DNA of 64,000 nt, from positions 744,001-808,000 of the forward strand of contig CAXKVF010000075.1 of assembly GCA_964057225.1 (NCBI GenBank), in the 5' to 3' direction. Shown here piece after piece: positions 1 through 15,000 of the stretch (its first letter is position 1; each line of letters starts with the position of its first letter). The notes under the pieces are model-generated. The model worked only from the letters and a program-made list of their open reading frames with translations, made no database searches and was not told the origin of the DNA. The position numbers and the translations under genes are program-made. Origin of the DNA: Auanema rhodensis. Lineage: Eukaryota; Animalia; Nematoda.

Positions 1-3000
1 CTAAAAACAAATTTTTATTGATATTGCTTCATGGTAACCATGACTTTGAAATTTACGTGAACTTTAATTTATGCTAATTAAATGTACACGTGATGTGCAC
101 TTGGTATGTAACTCGCTTCACGTGAAAGATAAAGAGATGCGGTTTTCAAAATTAGATTCCCCATGTCCATATTAGTCTAAAAACAAATTTTTATTGATAT
201 TGGTGCATGGTAACCATGACTTTGAAATTTACGTGAACTTTAATTTATGCTAATTAAATGTACACGTGATGTGCACTTGGTATGTAACTCGCTTCACGTG
301 AAAGATAAAGAGATGCGGTTTTCAAAATTAGATCCCCCATGTCCATATTAGTCTAAAAACAAATTTTGATTGATATTGGTGCATGGTAACCATGACTTTG
401 AAATTTACGTGAACTTTAATTTATGCTAATTAAATGTACACGTGATGTGCACTTGGTATGTAACTCGCTTCACGTGAAAGATAAAGAGATGCGGTTTTCA
501 AAATTAGATTCCCCATGTCCATATTAGTCTAAAAACAAATTTTTATTGATATTGGTTCATGGTAACCATGACTTTGAAATTTACGTGAACTTTAATTTAT
601 GCTAATTAAATGTACACGTGATGTGCACTTGGTATGTAACTCGCTTCACGTGAAAGATAAAGAGATGCGGTTTTCAAAATTAGATTCCCCATGTCCATAT
701 TAGTCTAAAAACAAGTTTTTATTGATATTGGTGCATGGTAACCATGACTTTGAAATTTACGTGAACTTTAATTTATGCTAATTAAATGTACACGTGATGT
801 GCACTTGGTATGTAACTCGCTTCACGTGAAAGATAAAGAGATGCGGTTTTCAAAATTAGATTCCCCATGTCCATATTAGTCTAAAAACAAATTTTGATTG
901 ATATTGGTGCATGGTAACCATGACTTTGAAATTTACGTGAACTTTAATTTATGCTAATTAAATGTACACGTGATGTGCACTTGGTATGTAACTCGCTTCA
1001 CGTGAAAGATAAAGAGATGCGGTTTTCAAAATTAGATTCCCCATGTCCATATTAGTCCAAAAACAAATTTTTATTGATATTGGTGCATGGTAACCATGAC
1101 TTTGAAATTTACGTGAACTTTAATTTATGCTAATTAAATGTACACGTGATGTGCACTTGGTATGTAACTCGCTTCACGTGAAAGATAAAGAGATGCGGTT
1201 TTCAAAATTAGATTCCCCATGTCCATATTAGTCTAAAAACAAATTTTTATTGATATTGGTGCATGGTAACCATGACTTTGAAATTTACGTGAACTTTAAT
1301 TTATGCTAATTAAATGTACACGTGATGTGCACTTGGTGTGTAACTCGCTTCACGTGAAAGATAAAGAGATGCGGTTTTCAAAATTAGATTTCCCATGTCC
1401 ATATTAGTCTAAAAACAAATTTTTATTGATATTGGTGCATGGTAACCATGACTTTGAAATTTACGTGAACTTTAATTTATGCTAATTAAATGTACACGTG
1501 ATGTGCACTTGGTATGTAACTCGCTTCACGTGAAAGATAAAGAGATGCGGTTTTCAAAATTAGATTCCCCATGTCCATATTAGTCTAAAAACAAATTTTT
1601 ATTGATATTGGTTCATGGTAACCATGACTTTGAAATTTACGTGAACTTTAATTTATGCTAATTAAATGTACACGTGATGTGCACTTGGTATGTAACCCGC
1701 TTCACGTGAAAGATAAAGGGATGCGGTTTTCAAAATTAGATTCCCCATGTCCATATTAGTCTAAAAACAAATTTTTATTGATATTGGTGCATGGTAACCA
1801 TGACTTTGAAATTTACGTGAACTTTAATTTATGCTAATTAAATGTACACGTGATGTGCACTTGGTATGTAACTCGCTTCACGTGAAAGATAAAGAGATGC
1901 GGTTTTCAAAATTAGATTCCCCATGTCCATATTAGTCTAAAAACAAATTTTTATTGATAATGGTTCATGGTAACCATGACTTTGAAATTTACGTGAACTT
2001 TAATTTATGCTAATTAAATGTACACGTGATGTGCACTTGGTATGTAACTCGCTTCACGTGAAAGATAAAGAGATGCGGTTTTCAAAATTAGATTCCCCAT
2101 GTCCATATTAGTCTAAAAACAAATTTTTATTGATATTGCTTCATGGTAACCATGACTTTGAAATTTACGTGAACTTTAATTTATGCTAATTAAATGTACA
2201 CGTGATGTGCACTTGGTATGTAACTCGCTTCACGTGAAAGATAAAGAGATGCGGTTTTCAAAATTAGATTCCCCATGTCCATATTAGTCTAAAAACAAAT
2301 TTTTATTGATATTGGTTCATGGTAACCATGACTTTGAAATTTACGTGAACTTTAATTTATGCTAATTAAATGTACACGTGATGTGCACTTGGTATGTAAC
2401 TCGCTTCACGTGAAAGATAAAGAGATGCGGTTTTCAAAAATAGATTCCCCATGTCCATATCAGTCTAAAAACAAATTTTTATTGATATTGGTTCATGGTA
2501 ACCATGACTTTGAAATTTACGTGAACTTTAATTTATGCTAATTAAATGTACACGTGATGTGCACTTGGTATGTAACTCGCTTCACGTGAAAGATAAAGAG
2601 ATGCGGTTTTCAAAATTAGATTCCCCATGTCCATATTAGTCTAAAAACAAATTTTTATTGATAATGGTTCATGGTAACCATGACTTTGAAATTTACGTGA
2701 ACTTTAATTTATGCTAATTAAATGTACACGTGATGTGCACTTGGTATGTAACTCGCTTCACGTGAAAGATAAAGAGATGCGGTTTTCAAAATTAGATTCC
2801 CCATGTCCATATTAGTCTAAAAACAAATTTTTATTGATATTGCTTCATGGTAACCATGACTTTGAAATTTACGTGAACTTTAATTTATGCTAATTAAATG
2901 TACACGTGATGTGCACTTGGTATGTAACTCGCTTCACGTGAAAGATAAAGAGATGCGGTTTTCAAAATTAGATTCCCCATGTCCATATTAGTCTAAAAAC

Positions 3001-6000
3001 AAATTTTTATTGATATTGGTTCATGGTAACCATGACTTTGAAATTTACGTGAACTTTAATTTATGCTAATTAAATGTACACGTGATGTGCACTTGGTATG
3101 TAACTCGCTTCACGTGAAAGATAAAGAGATGCGGTTTTCAAAAATAGATTCCCCATGTCCATATCAGTCTAAAAACAAATTTTTATTGATATTGGTTCAT
3201 GGTAACCATGACTTTGAAATTTACGTGAACTTTAATTTATGCTAATTAAATGTACACGTGATGTGCACTTGGTATGTAACTCGCTTCACGTGAAAGATAA
3301 AGAGATGCGGTTTTCAAAATTAGATTCCCCATGTCCATATTAGTCTAAAAACAAATTTTTATTGATATTGGTTCATGGTAACCATGACTTTGAAATTTAC
3401 GTGAACTTTAATTTATGCTAATTAAATGTACACGTGATGTGCACTTGGTATGTAACTCGCTTCACGTGAAAGATAAAGAGATGCGGTTTTCAAAATTAGA
3501 TTCCCCATGTCCATATTAGTCTAAAAACAAATTTTTATTGATATTGGTGCATGGTAACCATGACTTTGAAATTTACGTGAACTTTAATTTATGCTAATTA
3601 AATGTACACGTGATGTGCACTTGGTATGTAACTCGCTTCACGTGAAAGATAAAGAGATGCGGTTTTCAAAATTAGATTTCCCATGTCCATATTAGTCTAA
3701 AAACAAATTTTTATTGATATTGGTGCATGGTAACCATGACTTTGAAATTTACGTGAACTTTAATTTATGCTAATTAAATGTACACGTGATGTGCACTTGG
3801 TATGTAACTCGCTTCACGTGAAAGATAAAGAGATGCGGTTTTCAAAATTAGATTCCCCATGTCCATATTAGTCTAAAAACAAATTTTTATTGATATTGGT
3901 TCATGGTAACCATGACTTTGAAATTTACGTGAACTTTAATTTATGCTAATTAAATGTACACGTGATGTGCACTTGGTATGTAACCCGCTTCACGTGAAAG
4001 ATAAAGGGATGCGGTTTTCAAAATTAGATTCCCCATGTCCATATTAGTCTAAAAACAAATTTTTATTGATATTGGTGCATGGTAACCATGACTTTGAAAT
4101 TTACGTGAACTTTAATTTATGCTAATTAAATGTACACGTGATGTGCACTTGGTATGTAACTCGCTTCACGTGAAAGATAAAGAGATGCGGTTTTCAAAAT
4201 TAGATTCCCCATGTCCATATTAGTCTAAAAACAAATTTTTATTGATAATGGTTCATGGTAACCATGACTTTGAAATTTACGTGAACTTTAATTTATGCTA
4301 ATTAAATGTACACGTGATGTGCACTTGGTATGTAACTCGCTTCACGTGAAAGATAAAGAGATGCGGTTTTCAAAATTAGATTCCCCATGTCCATATTAGT
4401 CTAAAAACAAATTTTTATTGATATTGCTTCATGGTAACCATGACTTTGAAATTTACGTGAACTTTAATTTATGCTAATTAAATGTACACGTGATGTGCAC
4501 TTGGTATGTAACTCGCTTCACGTGAAAGATAAAGAGATGCGGTTTTCAAAATTAGATTCCCCATGTCCATATTAGTCTAAAAACAAATTTTTATTGATAT
4601 TGGTTCATGGTAACCATGACTTTGAAATTTACGTGAACTTTAATTTATGCTAATTAAATGTACACGTGATGTGCACTTGGTATGTAACTCGCTTCACGTG
4701 AAAGATAAAGAGATGCGGTTTTCAAAAATAGATTCCCCATGTCCATATCAGTCTAAAAACAAATTTTTATTGATATTGGTTCATGGTAACCATGACTTTG
4801 AAATTTACGTGAACTTTAATTTATGCTAATTAAATGTACACGTGATGTGCACTTGGTATGTAACTCGCTTCACGTGAAAGATAAAGAGATGCGGTTTTCA
4901 AAATTAGATTCCCCATGTCCATATTAGTCTAAAAACAAATTTTTATTGATAATGGTTCATGGTAACCATGACTTTGAAATTTACGTGAACTTTAATTTAT
5001 GCTAATTAAATGTACACGTGATGTGCACTTGGTATGTAACTCGCTTCACGTGAAAGATAAAGAGATGCGGTTTTCAAAATTAGATTCCCCATGTCCATAT
5101 TAGTCTAAAAACAAATTTTTATTGATATTGCTTCATGGTAACCATGACTTTGAAATTTACGTGAACTTTAATTTATGCTAATTAAATGTACACGTGATGT
5201 GCACTTGGTATGTAACTCGCTTCACGTGAAAGATAAAGAGATGCGGTTTTCAAAATTAGATTCCCCATGTCCATATTAGTCTAAAAACAAATTTTTATTG
5301 ATATTGGTTCATGGTAACCATGACTTTGAAATTTACGTGAACTTTAATTTATGCTAATTAAATGTACACGTGATGTGCACTTGGTATGTAACTCGCTTCA
5401 CGTGAAAGATAAAGAGATGCGGTTTTCAAAAATAGATTCCCCATGTCCATATCAGTCTAAAAACAAATTTTTATTGATATTGGTTCATGGTAACCATGAC
5501 TTTGAAATTTACGTGAACTTTAATTTATGCTAATTAAATGTACACGTGATGTGCACTTGGTATGTAACTCGCTTCACGTGAAAGATAAAGAGATGCGGTT
5601 TTCAAAATTAGATTCCCCATGTCCATATTAGTCTAAAAACAAATTTTTATTGATATTGGTTCATGGTAACCATGACTTTGAAATTTACGTGAACTTTAAT
5701 TTATGCTAATTAAATGTACACGTGATGTGCACTTGGTATGTAACTCGCTTCACGTGAAAGATAAAGAGATGCGGTTTTCAAAATTAGATTCCCCATGTCC
5801 ATATTAGTCTAAAAACAAATTTTTATTGATATTGGTGCATGGTAACCATGACTTTGAAATTTACGTGAACTTTAATTTATGCTAATTAAATGTACACGTG
5901 ATGTGCACTTGGTATGTAACTCGCTTCACGTGAAAGATAACGAGATGCGGTTTTCAAAATTAGATCCCCCATGTCCATATTAGTCTAAAAACAAATTTTG

Positions 6001-9000
6001 ATTGATATTGGTGCATGGTAACCATGACTTTGAAATTTACGTGAACTTTAATTTATGCTAATTAAATGTACACGTGATGTGCACTTGGTATGTAACTCGC
6101 TTCACGTGAAAGATAAAGAGATGCGGTTTTCAAAATTAGATTCCCCATGTCCATATTAGTCTAAAAACAAATTTTTATTGATATTGGTTCATGGTAACCA
6201 TGACTTTGAAATTTACGTGAACTTTAATTTATGCTAATTAAATGTACACGTGATGTGCACTTGGTATGTAACTCGCTTCACGTGAAAGATAAAGAGATGC
6301 GGTTTTCAAAATTAGATTCCCCATGTCCATATTAGTCTAAAAACAAATTTTTATTGATATTGGTGCATGGTAACCATGACTTTGAAATTTACGTGAACTT
6401 TAATTTATGCTAATTAAATGTACACGTGATGTGCACTTGGTATGTAACTCGCTTCACGTGAAAGATAAAGAGATGCGGTTTTCAAAATTAGATTCCCCAT
6501 GTCCATATTAGTCTAAAAACAAATTTTTATTGATATTGGTTCATGGTAACCATGACTTTGAAATTTACGTGAACTTTAATTTATGCTAATTAAATGTACA
6601 CGTGATGTGCACTTGGTATGTAACTCGCTTCACGTGAAAGATAAAGAGATGCGGTTTTCAAAATTAGATTCCCCATGTCCATATTAGTCTAAAAACAAAT
6701 TTTTATTGATATTGGTTCATGGTAACCATGACTTTGAAATTTACGTGAACTTTAATTTATGCTAATTAAATGTACACGTGATGTGCACTTGGTATGTAAC
6801 TCGCTTCACGTGAAAGATAAAGAGATGCGGTTTTCAAAATTAGATTCCCCATGTCCATATTAGTCTAAAAACAAATTTTTATTGATATTGGTGCATGGTA
6901 ACCATGACTTTGAAATTTACGTGAACTTTAATTTATGCTAATTAAATGTACACGTGATGTGCACTTGGTATGTAACTCGCTTCACGTGAAAGATAAAGAG
7001 ATGCGGTTTTCAAAATTAGATTCCCCATGTCCATATTAGTCTAAAAACAAATTTTTATTGATATTGGTTCATGGTAACCATGACTTTGAAATTTACGTGA
7101 ACTTTAATTTATGCTAATTAAATGTACACGTGATGTGCACTTGGTATGTAACTCGCTTCACGTGAAAGATAAAGAGATGCGGTTTTCAAAATTAGATCCC
7201 CCATGTCCATATTAGTCTAAAAACAAATTTTGATTGATATTGGTGCATGGTAACCATGACTTTGAAATTTACGTGAACTTTAATTTATGCTAATTAAATG
7301 TACACGTGATGTGCACTTGGTATGTAACTCGCTTCACGTGAAAGATAAAGAGATGCGGTTTTCAAAATTAGATTCCCCATGTCCATATTAGTCTAAAAAC
7401 AAATTTTTATTGATATTGGTGCATGGTAACCATGACTTTGAAATTTACGTGAACTTTAATTTATGCTAATTAAATGTACACGTGATGTGCACTTGGTATG
7501 TAACTCGCTTCACGTGAAAGATAAAGAGATGCGGTTTTCAAAATTAGATTCCCCATGTCCATATTAGTCTAAAAACAAATTTTTATTGATATTGCTTCAT
7601 GGTAACCATGACTTTAAAATTTACGTGAACTTTAATTTATGCTAATTAAATGTACACGTGATGTGCACTTGGTATGTAACTCGCTTCACGTGAAAGATAA
7701 AGAGATGCGGTTTTCAAAATTAGATTCCCCATGTCCATATTAGTCTAAAAACAAATTTTTATTGATATTGGTTCATGGTAACCATGACTTTGAAATTTAC
7801 GTGAACTTTAATTTATGCTAATTAAATGTACACGTGATGTGCACTTGGTATGTAACTCGCTTCACGTGAAAGATAAAGAGATGCGGTTTTCAAAATTAGA
7901 TTCCCCATGTCCATATTAGTCTAAAAACAAATTTTTATTGATATTGGTGCATGGCAACCATGACTTTGAAATTTACGTGAACTTTAATTTATGCTAATTA
8001 AATGTACACGTGATGTGCACTTGGTATGTAACTCGCTTCACGTGAAAGATAAAGAGATGCGGTTTTCAAAATTAGATTCCCCATGTCCATATTAGTCTAA
8101 AAACAAATTTTTATTGATATTGCTTCATGGTAACCATGACTTTGAAATTTACGTGAACTTTAATTTATGCTAATTAAATGTACACGTGATGTGCACTTGG
8201 TATGTAACTCGCTTCACGTGAAAGATAAAGAGATGCGGTTTTCAAAATTAGATTCCCCATGTCCATATTAGTCTAAAAACAAATTTTTATTGATATTGCT
8301 TCATGGTAACCATGACTTTGAAATTTACGTGAACTTTAATTTATGCTAATTAAATGTACACGTGATGTGCACTTGGTATGTAACTCGCTTCACGTGAAAG
8401 ATAAAGAGATGCGGTTTTCAAAATTAGATTCCCCATGTCCATATTAGTCTAAAAACAAATTTTTATTGATATTGGTGCATGGTAACCATGACTTTGAATT
8501 TTACGTGAACTTTAATTTATGCTAATTAAATGTACACGTGATGTGCACTTGGTATGTAACTCGCTTCACGTGAAAGATAAAGAGATGCGGTTTTCAAAAT
8601 TAGATTCCCCATGTCCATATTAGTCTAAAAACAAATTTTTATTGATATTGGTGCATGGTAACCATGACTTTGAAATTTACGTGAACTTTAATTTATGCTA
8701 ATTAAATGTACACGTGATGTGCACTTGGTATGTAACTCGCTTCACGTGAAAGATAAAGAGATGCAGTTTTCAAAATTAGATTCCCCATGTCCATATTAGT
8801 CTAAAAACAAATTTTTATTGATATTGGTTCATGGTAACCATGACTTTGAAATTTACGTGAACTTTAATTTATGCTAATTAAATGTACACGTGATGTGCAC
8901 TTGGTATGTAACTCGCTTCACGTGAAAGATAAAGAGATGCGGTTTTCAAAATTAGATTCCCCATGTCCATATTAGTCTAAAACAAATTTTTATTGATATT

Positions 9001-12000
9001 GGTGCATGGTAACCATGACTTTGAATTTTACGTGAACTTTAATTTATGCTAATTAAATGTACACGTGATGTGCACTTGGTATGTAACTCGCTTCACGTGA
9101 AAGATAAAGAGATGCGGTTTTCAAAATTAGATTCCCCATGTCCATATTAGTCTAAAAACAAATTTTTATTGATATTGGTTCATGGTAACCATGACTTTGA
9201 AATTTACGTGAACTTTAATTTATGCTAATTAAATGTACACGTGATGTGCACTTGGTATGTAACTCGCTTCACGTGAAAGATAAAGAGATGCGGTTTTCAA
9301 AATTAGATTCCCCATGTCCATATTAGTCTAAAAACAAATTTTTATTGATATTGGTGCATGGTAACCATGACTTTGAAATTTACGTGAACTTTAATTTATG
9401 CTAATTAAATGTACACGTGATGTGCACTTGGTATGTAACTCGCTTCACGTGAAAGATAAAGAGATGCAGTTTTCAAAATTAGATTCCCCATGTCCATATT
9501 AGTCTAAAAACAAATTTTTATTGATATTGGTTCATGGTAACCATGACTTTGAAATTTACGTGAACTTTAATTTATGCTAATTAAATGTACACGTGATGTG
9601 CACTTGGTATGTAACTCGCTTCACGTGAAAGATAAAGAGATGCGGTTTTCAAAATTAGATTCCCCATGTCCATATTAGTCTAAAAACAAATTTTTATTGA
9701 TATTGGTGCATGGTAACCATGACTTTGAATTTTACGTGAACTTTAATTTATGCTAATTAAATGTACACGTGATGTGCACTTGGTATGTAACTCGCTTCAC
9801 GTGAAAGATAAAGAGATGCGGTTTTCAAAATTAGATTCCCCATGTCCATATTAGTCTAAAAACAAATTTTTATTGATATTGGTGCATGGTAACCATGACT
9901 TTGAAATTTACGTGAACTTTAATTTATGCTAATTAAATGTACACGTGATGTGCACTTGGTATGTAACTCGCTTCACGTGAAAGATAAAGAGATGCAGTTT
10001 TCAAAATTAGATTCCCCATGTCCATATTAGTCTAAAAACAAATTTTTATTGATATTGGTTCATGGTAACCATGACTTTGAAATTTACGTGAACTTTAATT
10101 TATGCTAATTAAATGTACACGTGATGTGCACTTGGTATGTAACTCGCTTCACGTGAAAGATAAAGAGATGCGGTTTTCAAAATTAGATTCCCCATGTCCA
10201 TATTAGTCTAAAACAAATTTTTATTGATATTGGTGCATGGTAACCATGACTTTGAATTTTACGTGAACTTTAATTTATGCTAATTAAATGTACACGTGAT
10301 GTGCACTTGGTATGTAACTCGCTTCACGTGAAAGATAAAGAGATGCGGTTTTCAAAATTAGATTCCCCATGTCCATATTAGTCTAAAAACAAATTTTTAT
10401 TGATATTGGTTCATGGTAACCATGACTTTGAAATTTACGTGAACTTTAATTTATGCTAATTAAATGTACACGTGATGTGCACTTGGTATGTAACTCGCTT
10501 CACGTGAAAGATAAAGAGATGCGGTTTTCAAAATTAGATTCCCCATGTCCATATTAGTCTAAAAACAAATTTTTATTGATATTGGTGCATGGTAACCATG
10601 ACTTTGAAATTTACGTGAACTTTAATTTATGCTAATTAAATGTACACGTGATGTGCACTTGGTATGTAACTCGCTTCACGTGAAAGATAAAGAGATGCGG
10701 TTTTCAAAATTAGATCCCCCATGTCCATATTAGTCTAAAAACAAATTTTGATTGATATTGGTGCATGGTAACCATGACTTTGAAATTTACGTGAACTTTA
10801 ATTTATGCTAATTAAATGTACACGTGATGTGCACTTGGTATGTAACTCGCTTCACGTGAAAGATAAAGAGATGCGGTTTTCAAAATTAGATTCCCCATGT
10901 CCATATTAGTCTAAAAACAAATTTTTATTGATATTGGTTCATGGTAACCATGACTTTGAAATTTACGTGAACTTTAATTTATGCTAATTAAATGTACACG
11001 TGATGTGCACTTGGTATGTAACTCGCTTCACGTGAAAGATAAAGAGATGCGGTTTTCAAAAATAGATTCCCCATGTCCATATCAGTCTAAAAACAAATTT
11101 TTATTGATATTGGTTCATGGTAACCATGACTTTGAAATTTACGTGAACTTTAATTTATGCTAATTAAATGTACACGTGATGTGCACTTGGTATGTAACTC
11201 GCTTCACGTGAAAGATAAAGAGATGCGGTTTTCAAAATTAGATTCCCCATGTCCATATTAGTCTAAAAACAAATTTTTATTGATATTGGTTCATGGTAAC
11301 CATGACTTTGAAATTTACGTGAACTTTAATTTATGCTAATTAAATGTACACGTGATGTGCACTTGGTATGTAACTCGCTTCACGTGAAAGATAAAGAGAT
11401 GCGGTTTTCAAAATTAGATTCCCCATGTCCATATTAGTCTAAAAACAAATTTTTATTGATATTGGGGCATGGTAACCATGACTTTGAAATTTACGTGAAC
11501 TTTAATTTATGCTAATTAAATGTACACGTGATGTGCACTTGGTATGTAACTCGCTTCACGTGAAAGATAAAGAGATGCGGTTTTCAAAATTAGATCCCCC
11601 ATGTCCATATTAGTCTAAAAACAAATTTTGATTGATATTGGTGCATGGTAACCATGACTTTGAAATTTACGTGAACTTTAATTTATGCTAATTAAATGTA
11701 CACGTGATGTGCACTTGGTATGTAACTCGCTTCACGTGAAAGATAAAGAGATGCGGTTTTCAAAATTAGATCCCCCATGTCCATATTAGTCTAAAAACAA
11801 ATTTTTATTGATATTGGTTCATGGTAACCATGACTTTGAAATTTACGTGAACTTTAATTTATGCTAATTAAATGTACACGTGATGTGCACTTGGTATGTA
11901 ACTCGCTTCACGTGAAAGATAAAGAGATGCGGTTTTCAAAATTAGATTCCCCATGTCCATATTAGTCTAAAAACAAATTTTTATTGATATTGGTGCATGG

Positions 12001-15000
12001 TAACCATGACTTTGAAATTTACGTGAACTTTAATTTATGCTAATTAAATGTACACGTGATGTGCACTTGGTATGTAACTCGCTTCACGTGAAAGATAAAG
12101 AGATGCGGTTTTCAAAATTAGATTCCCCATGTCCATATTAGTCTAAAAACAAATTTTGATTGATATTGGTGCATGGTAACCATGACTTTGAAATTTACGT
12201 GAACTTTAATTTATGCTAATTAAATGTACACGTGATGTGCACTTGGTATGTAACTCGCTTCACGTGAAAGATAAAGAGATGCGGTTTTCAAAATTAGATC
12301 CCCCATGTCCATATTAGTCTAAAAACAAATTTTTATTGATATTGGTTCATGGTAACCATGACTTTGAAATTTACGTGAACTTTAATTTATGCTAATTAAA
12401 TGTACACGTGATGTGCACTTGGTATGTAACTCGCTTCACGTGAAAGATAAAGAGATGCGGTTTTCAAAATTAGATTCCCCATGTCCATATTAGTCTAAAA
12501 ACAAATTTTTATTGATATTGGTGCATGGTAACCATGACTTTGAAATTTACGTGAACTTTAATTTATGCTAATTAAATGTACACGTGATGTGCACTTGGTA
12601 TGTAACTCGCTTCACGTGAAAGATAAAGAGATGCGGTTTTCAAAATTAGATTCCCCATGTCCATATTAGTCTAAAAACAAATTTTTATTGATATTGCTTC
12701 ATGGTAACCATGACTTTGAAATTTACGTGAACTTTAATTTATGCTAATTAAATGTACACGTGATGTGCACTTGGTATGTAACTCGCTTCACGTGAAAGAT
12801 AAAGAGATGCGGTTTTCAAAATTAGATTCCCCATGTCCATATTAGTCTAAAAACAAATTTTTATTGATATTGGTTCATGGTAACCATGACTTTGAAATTT
12901 ACGTGAACTTTAATTTATGCTAATTAAATGTACACGTGATGTGCACTTGGTATGTAACTCGCTTCACGTGAAAGATAAAGAGATGCGGTTTTCAAAATTA
13001 GATTCCCCATGTCCATATTAGTCTAAAAACAAATTTTTATTGATATTGGTTCATGGTAACCATGACTTTGAAATTTACGTGAACTTTAATTTATGCTAAT
13101 TAAATGTACACGTGATGTGCACTTGGTATGTAACTCGCTTCACGTGAAAGATAAAGAGATGCGGTTTTCAAAATTAGATTCCCCATGTCCATATTAGTCT
13201 AAAAACAAATTTTTATTGATATTGGTGCATGGTAACCATGACTTTGAAATTTACGTGAACTTTAATTTATGCTAATTAAATGTACACTTGATGTACACTT
13301 GGTATGTAACTCGCTTCACGTGAAAGATAAAGAGATGCGGTTTTCAAAATTAGATTCCCCATGTCCATATTAGTCTAAAAACAAATTTTTATTGATATTG
13401 GTTCATGGTAACCATGACTTTGAAATTTACGTGAACTTTAATTTATGCTAATTAAATGTACACGTGATGTGCACTTGGTATGTAACTCGCTTCACGTGAA
13501 AGATAAAGAGATGCGGTTTTCAAAATTAGATTCCCCATGTCCATATTAGTCTAAAAACAAATTTTTATTGATATTGGTGCATGGTAACCATGACTTTGAA
13601 ATTTACGTGAACTTTAATTTATGCTAATTAAATGTACACGTGATGTGCACTTGGTATGTAACTCGCTTCACGTGAAAGATAAAGAGATGCGGTTTTCAAA
13701 ATTAGATTCCCCATGTCCATATTAGTCTAAAAACAAATTTTTATTGATAATGGTTCATGGTAACCATGACTTTGAAATTTACGTGAACTTTAATTTATGC
13801 TAATTAAATGTACACGTGATGTGCACTTGGTATGTAACTCGCTTCACGTGAAAGATAAAGAGATGCGGTTTTCAAAATTAGATTCCCCATGTCCATATTA
13901 GTCTAAAAACAAATTTTTATTGATATTGCTTCATGGTAACCATGACTTTGAAATTTACGTGAACTTTAATTTATGCTAATTAAATGTACACGTGATGTGC
14001 ACTTGGTATGTAACTCGCTTCACGTGAAAGATAAAGAGATGCGGTTTTCAAAATTAGATTCCCCATGTCCATATTAGTCTAAAAACAAATTTTTATTGAT
14101 ATTGGTGCATGGTAACCATGACTTTGAAATTTACGTGAACTTTAATTTATGCTAATTAAATGTACACGTGATGTGCACTTGGTATGTAACTCGCTTCACG
14201 TGAAAGATAAAGAGATGCGGTTTTCAAAAATAGATTCCCCATGTCCATATCAGTCTAAAAACAAATTTTTATTGATATTGGTTCATGGTAACCATGACTT
14301 TGAAATTTACGTGAACTTTAATTTATGCTAATTAAATGTACACGTGATGTGCACTTGGTATGTAACTCGCTTCACGTGAAAGATAAAGAGATGCGGTTTT
14401 CAAAATTAGATTCCCCATGTCCATATTAGTCTAAAAACAAATTTTTATTGATATTGGTTCATGGTAACCATGACTTTGAAATTTACGTGAACTTTAATTT
14501 ATGCTAATTAAATGTACACGTGATGTGCACTTGGTATGTAACTCGCTTCACGTGAAAGATAAAGAGATGCGGTTTTCAAAATTAGATTCCCCATGTCCAT
14601 ATTAGTCTAAAAACAAATTTTTATTGATATTGGTTCATGGTAACCATGACTTTGAAATTTACGTGAACTTTAATTTATGCTAATTAAATGTACACGTGAT
14701 GTGCACTTGGTATGTAACTCGCTTCACGTGAAAGATAAAGAGATGCGGTTTTCAAAAATAGATTCCCCATGTCCATATCAGTCTAAAAACAAATTTTTAT
14801 TGATATTGGTTCATGGTAACCATGACTTTGAAATTTACGTGAACTTTAATTTATGCTAATTAAATGTACACGTGATGTGCACTTGGTATGTAACTCGCTT
14901 CACGTGAAAGATAAAGAGATGCGGTTTTCAAAATTAGATTCCCCATGTCCATATTAGTCTAAAAACAAATTTTTATTGATATTGCTTCATGGTAACCATG

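Noticed and set aside
1-176. Assignment to a known satellite (Arabidopsis CEN178, primate alpha, CENP-B box)
   Set aside because: Only the length is similar; I recognise no sequence similarity and no CENP-B box.
152-177. TTAGAT/TTAGTC resembling nematode telomere repeat TTAGGC
   Set aside because: Isolated, mismatched and not tandem; expected by chance in AT-rich DNA.
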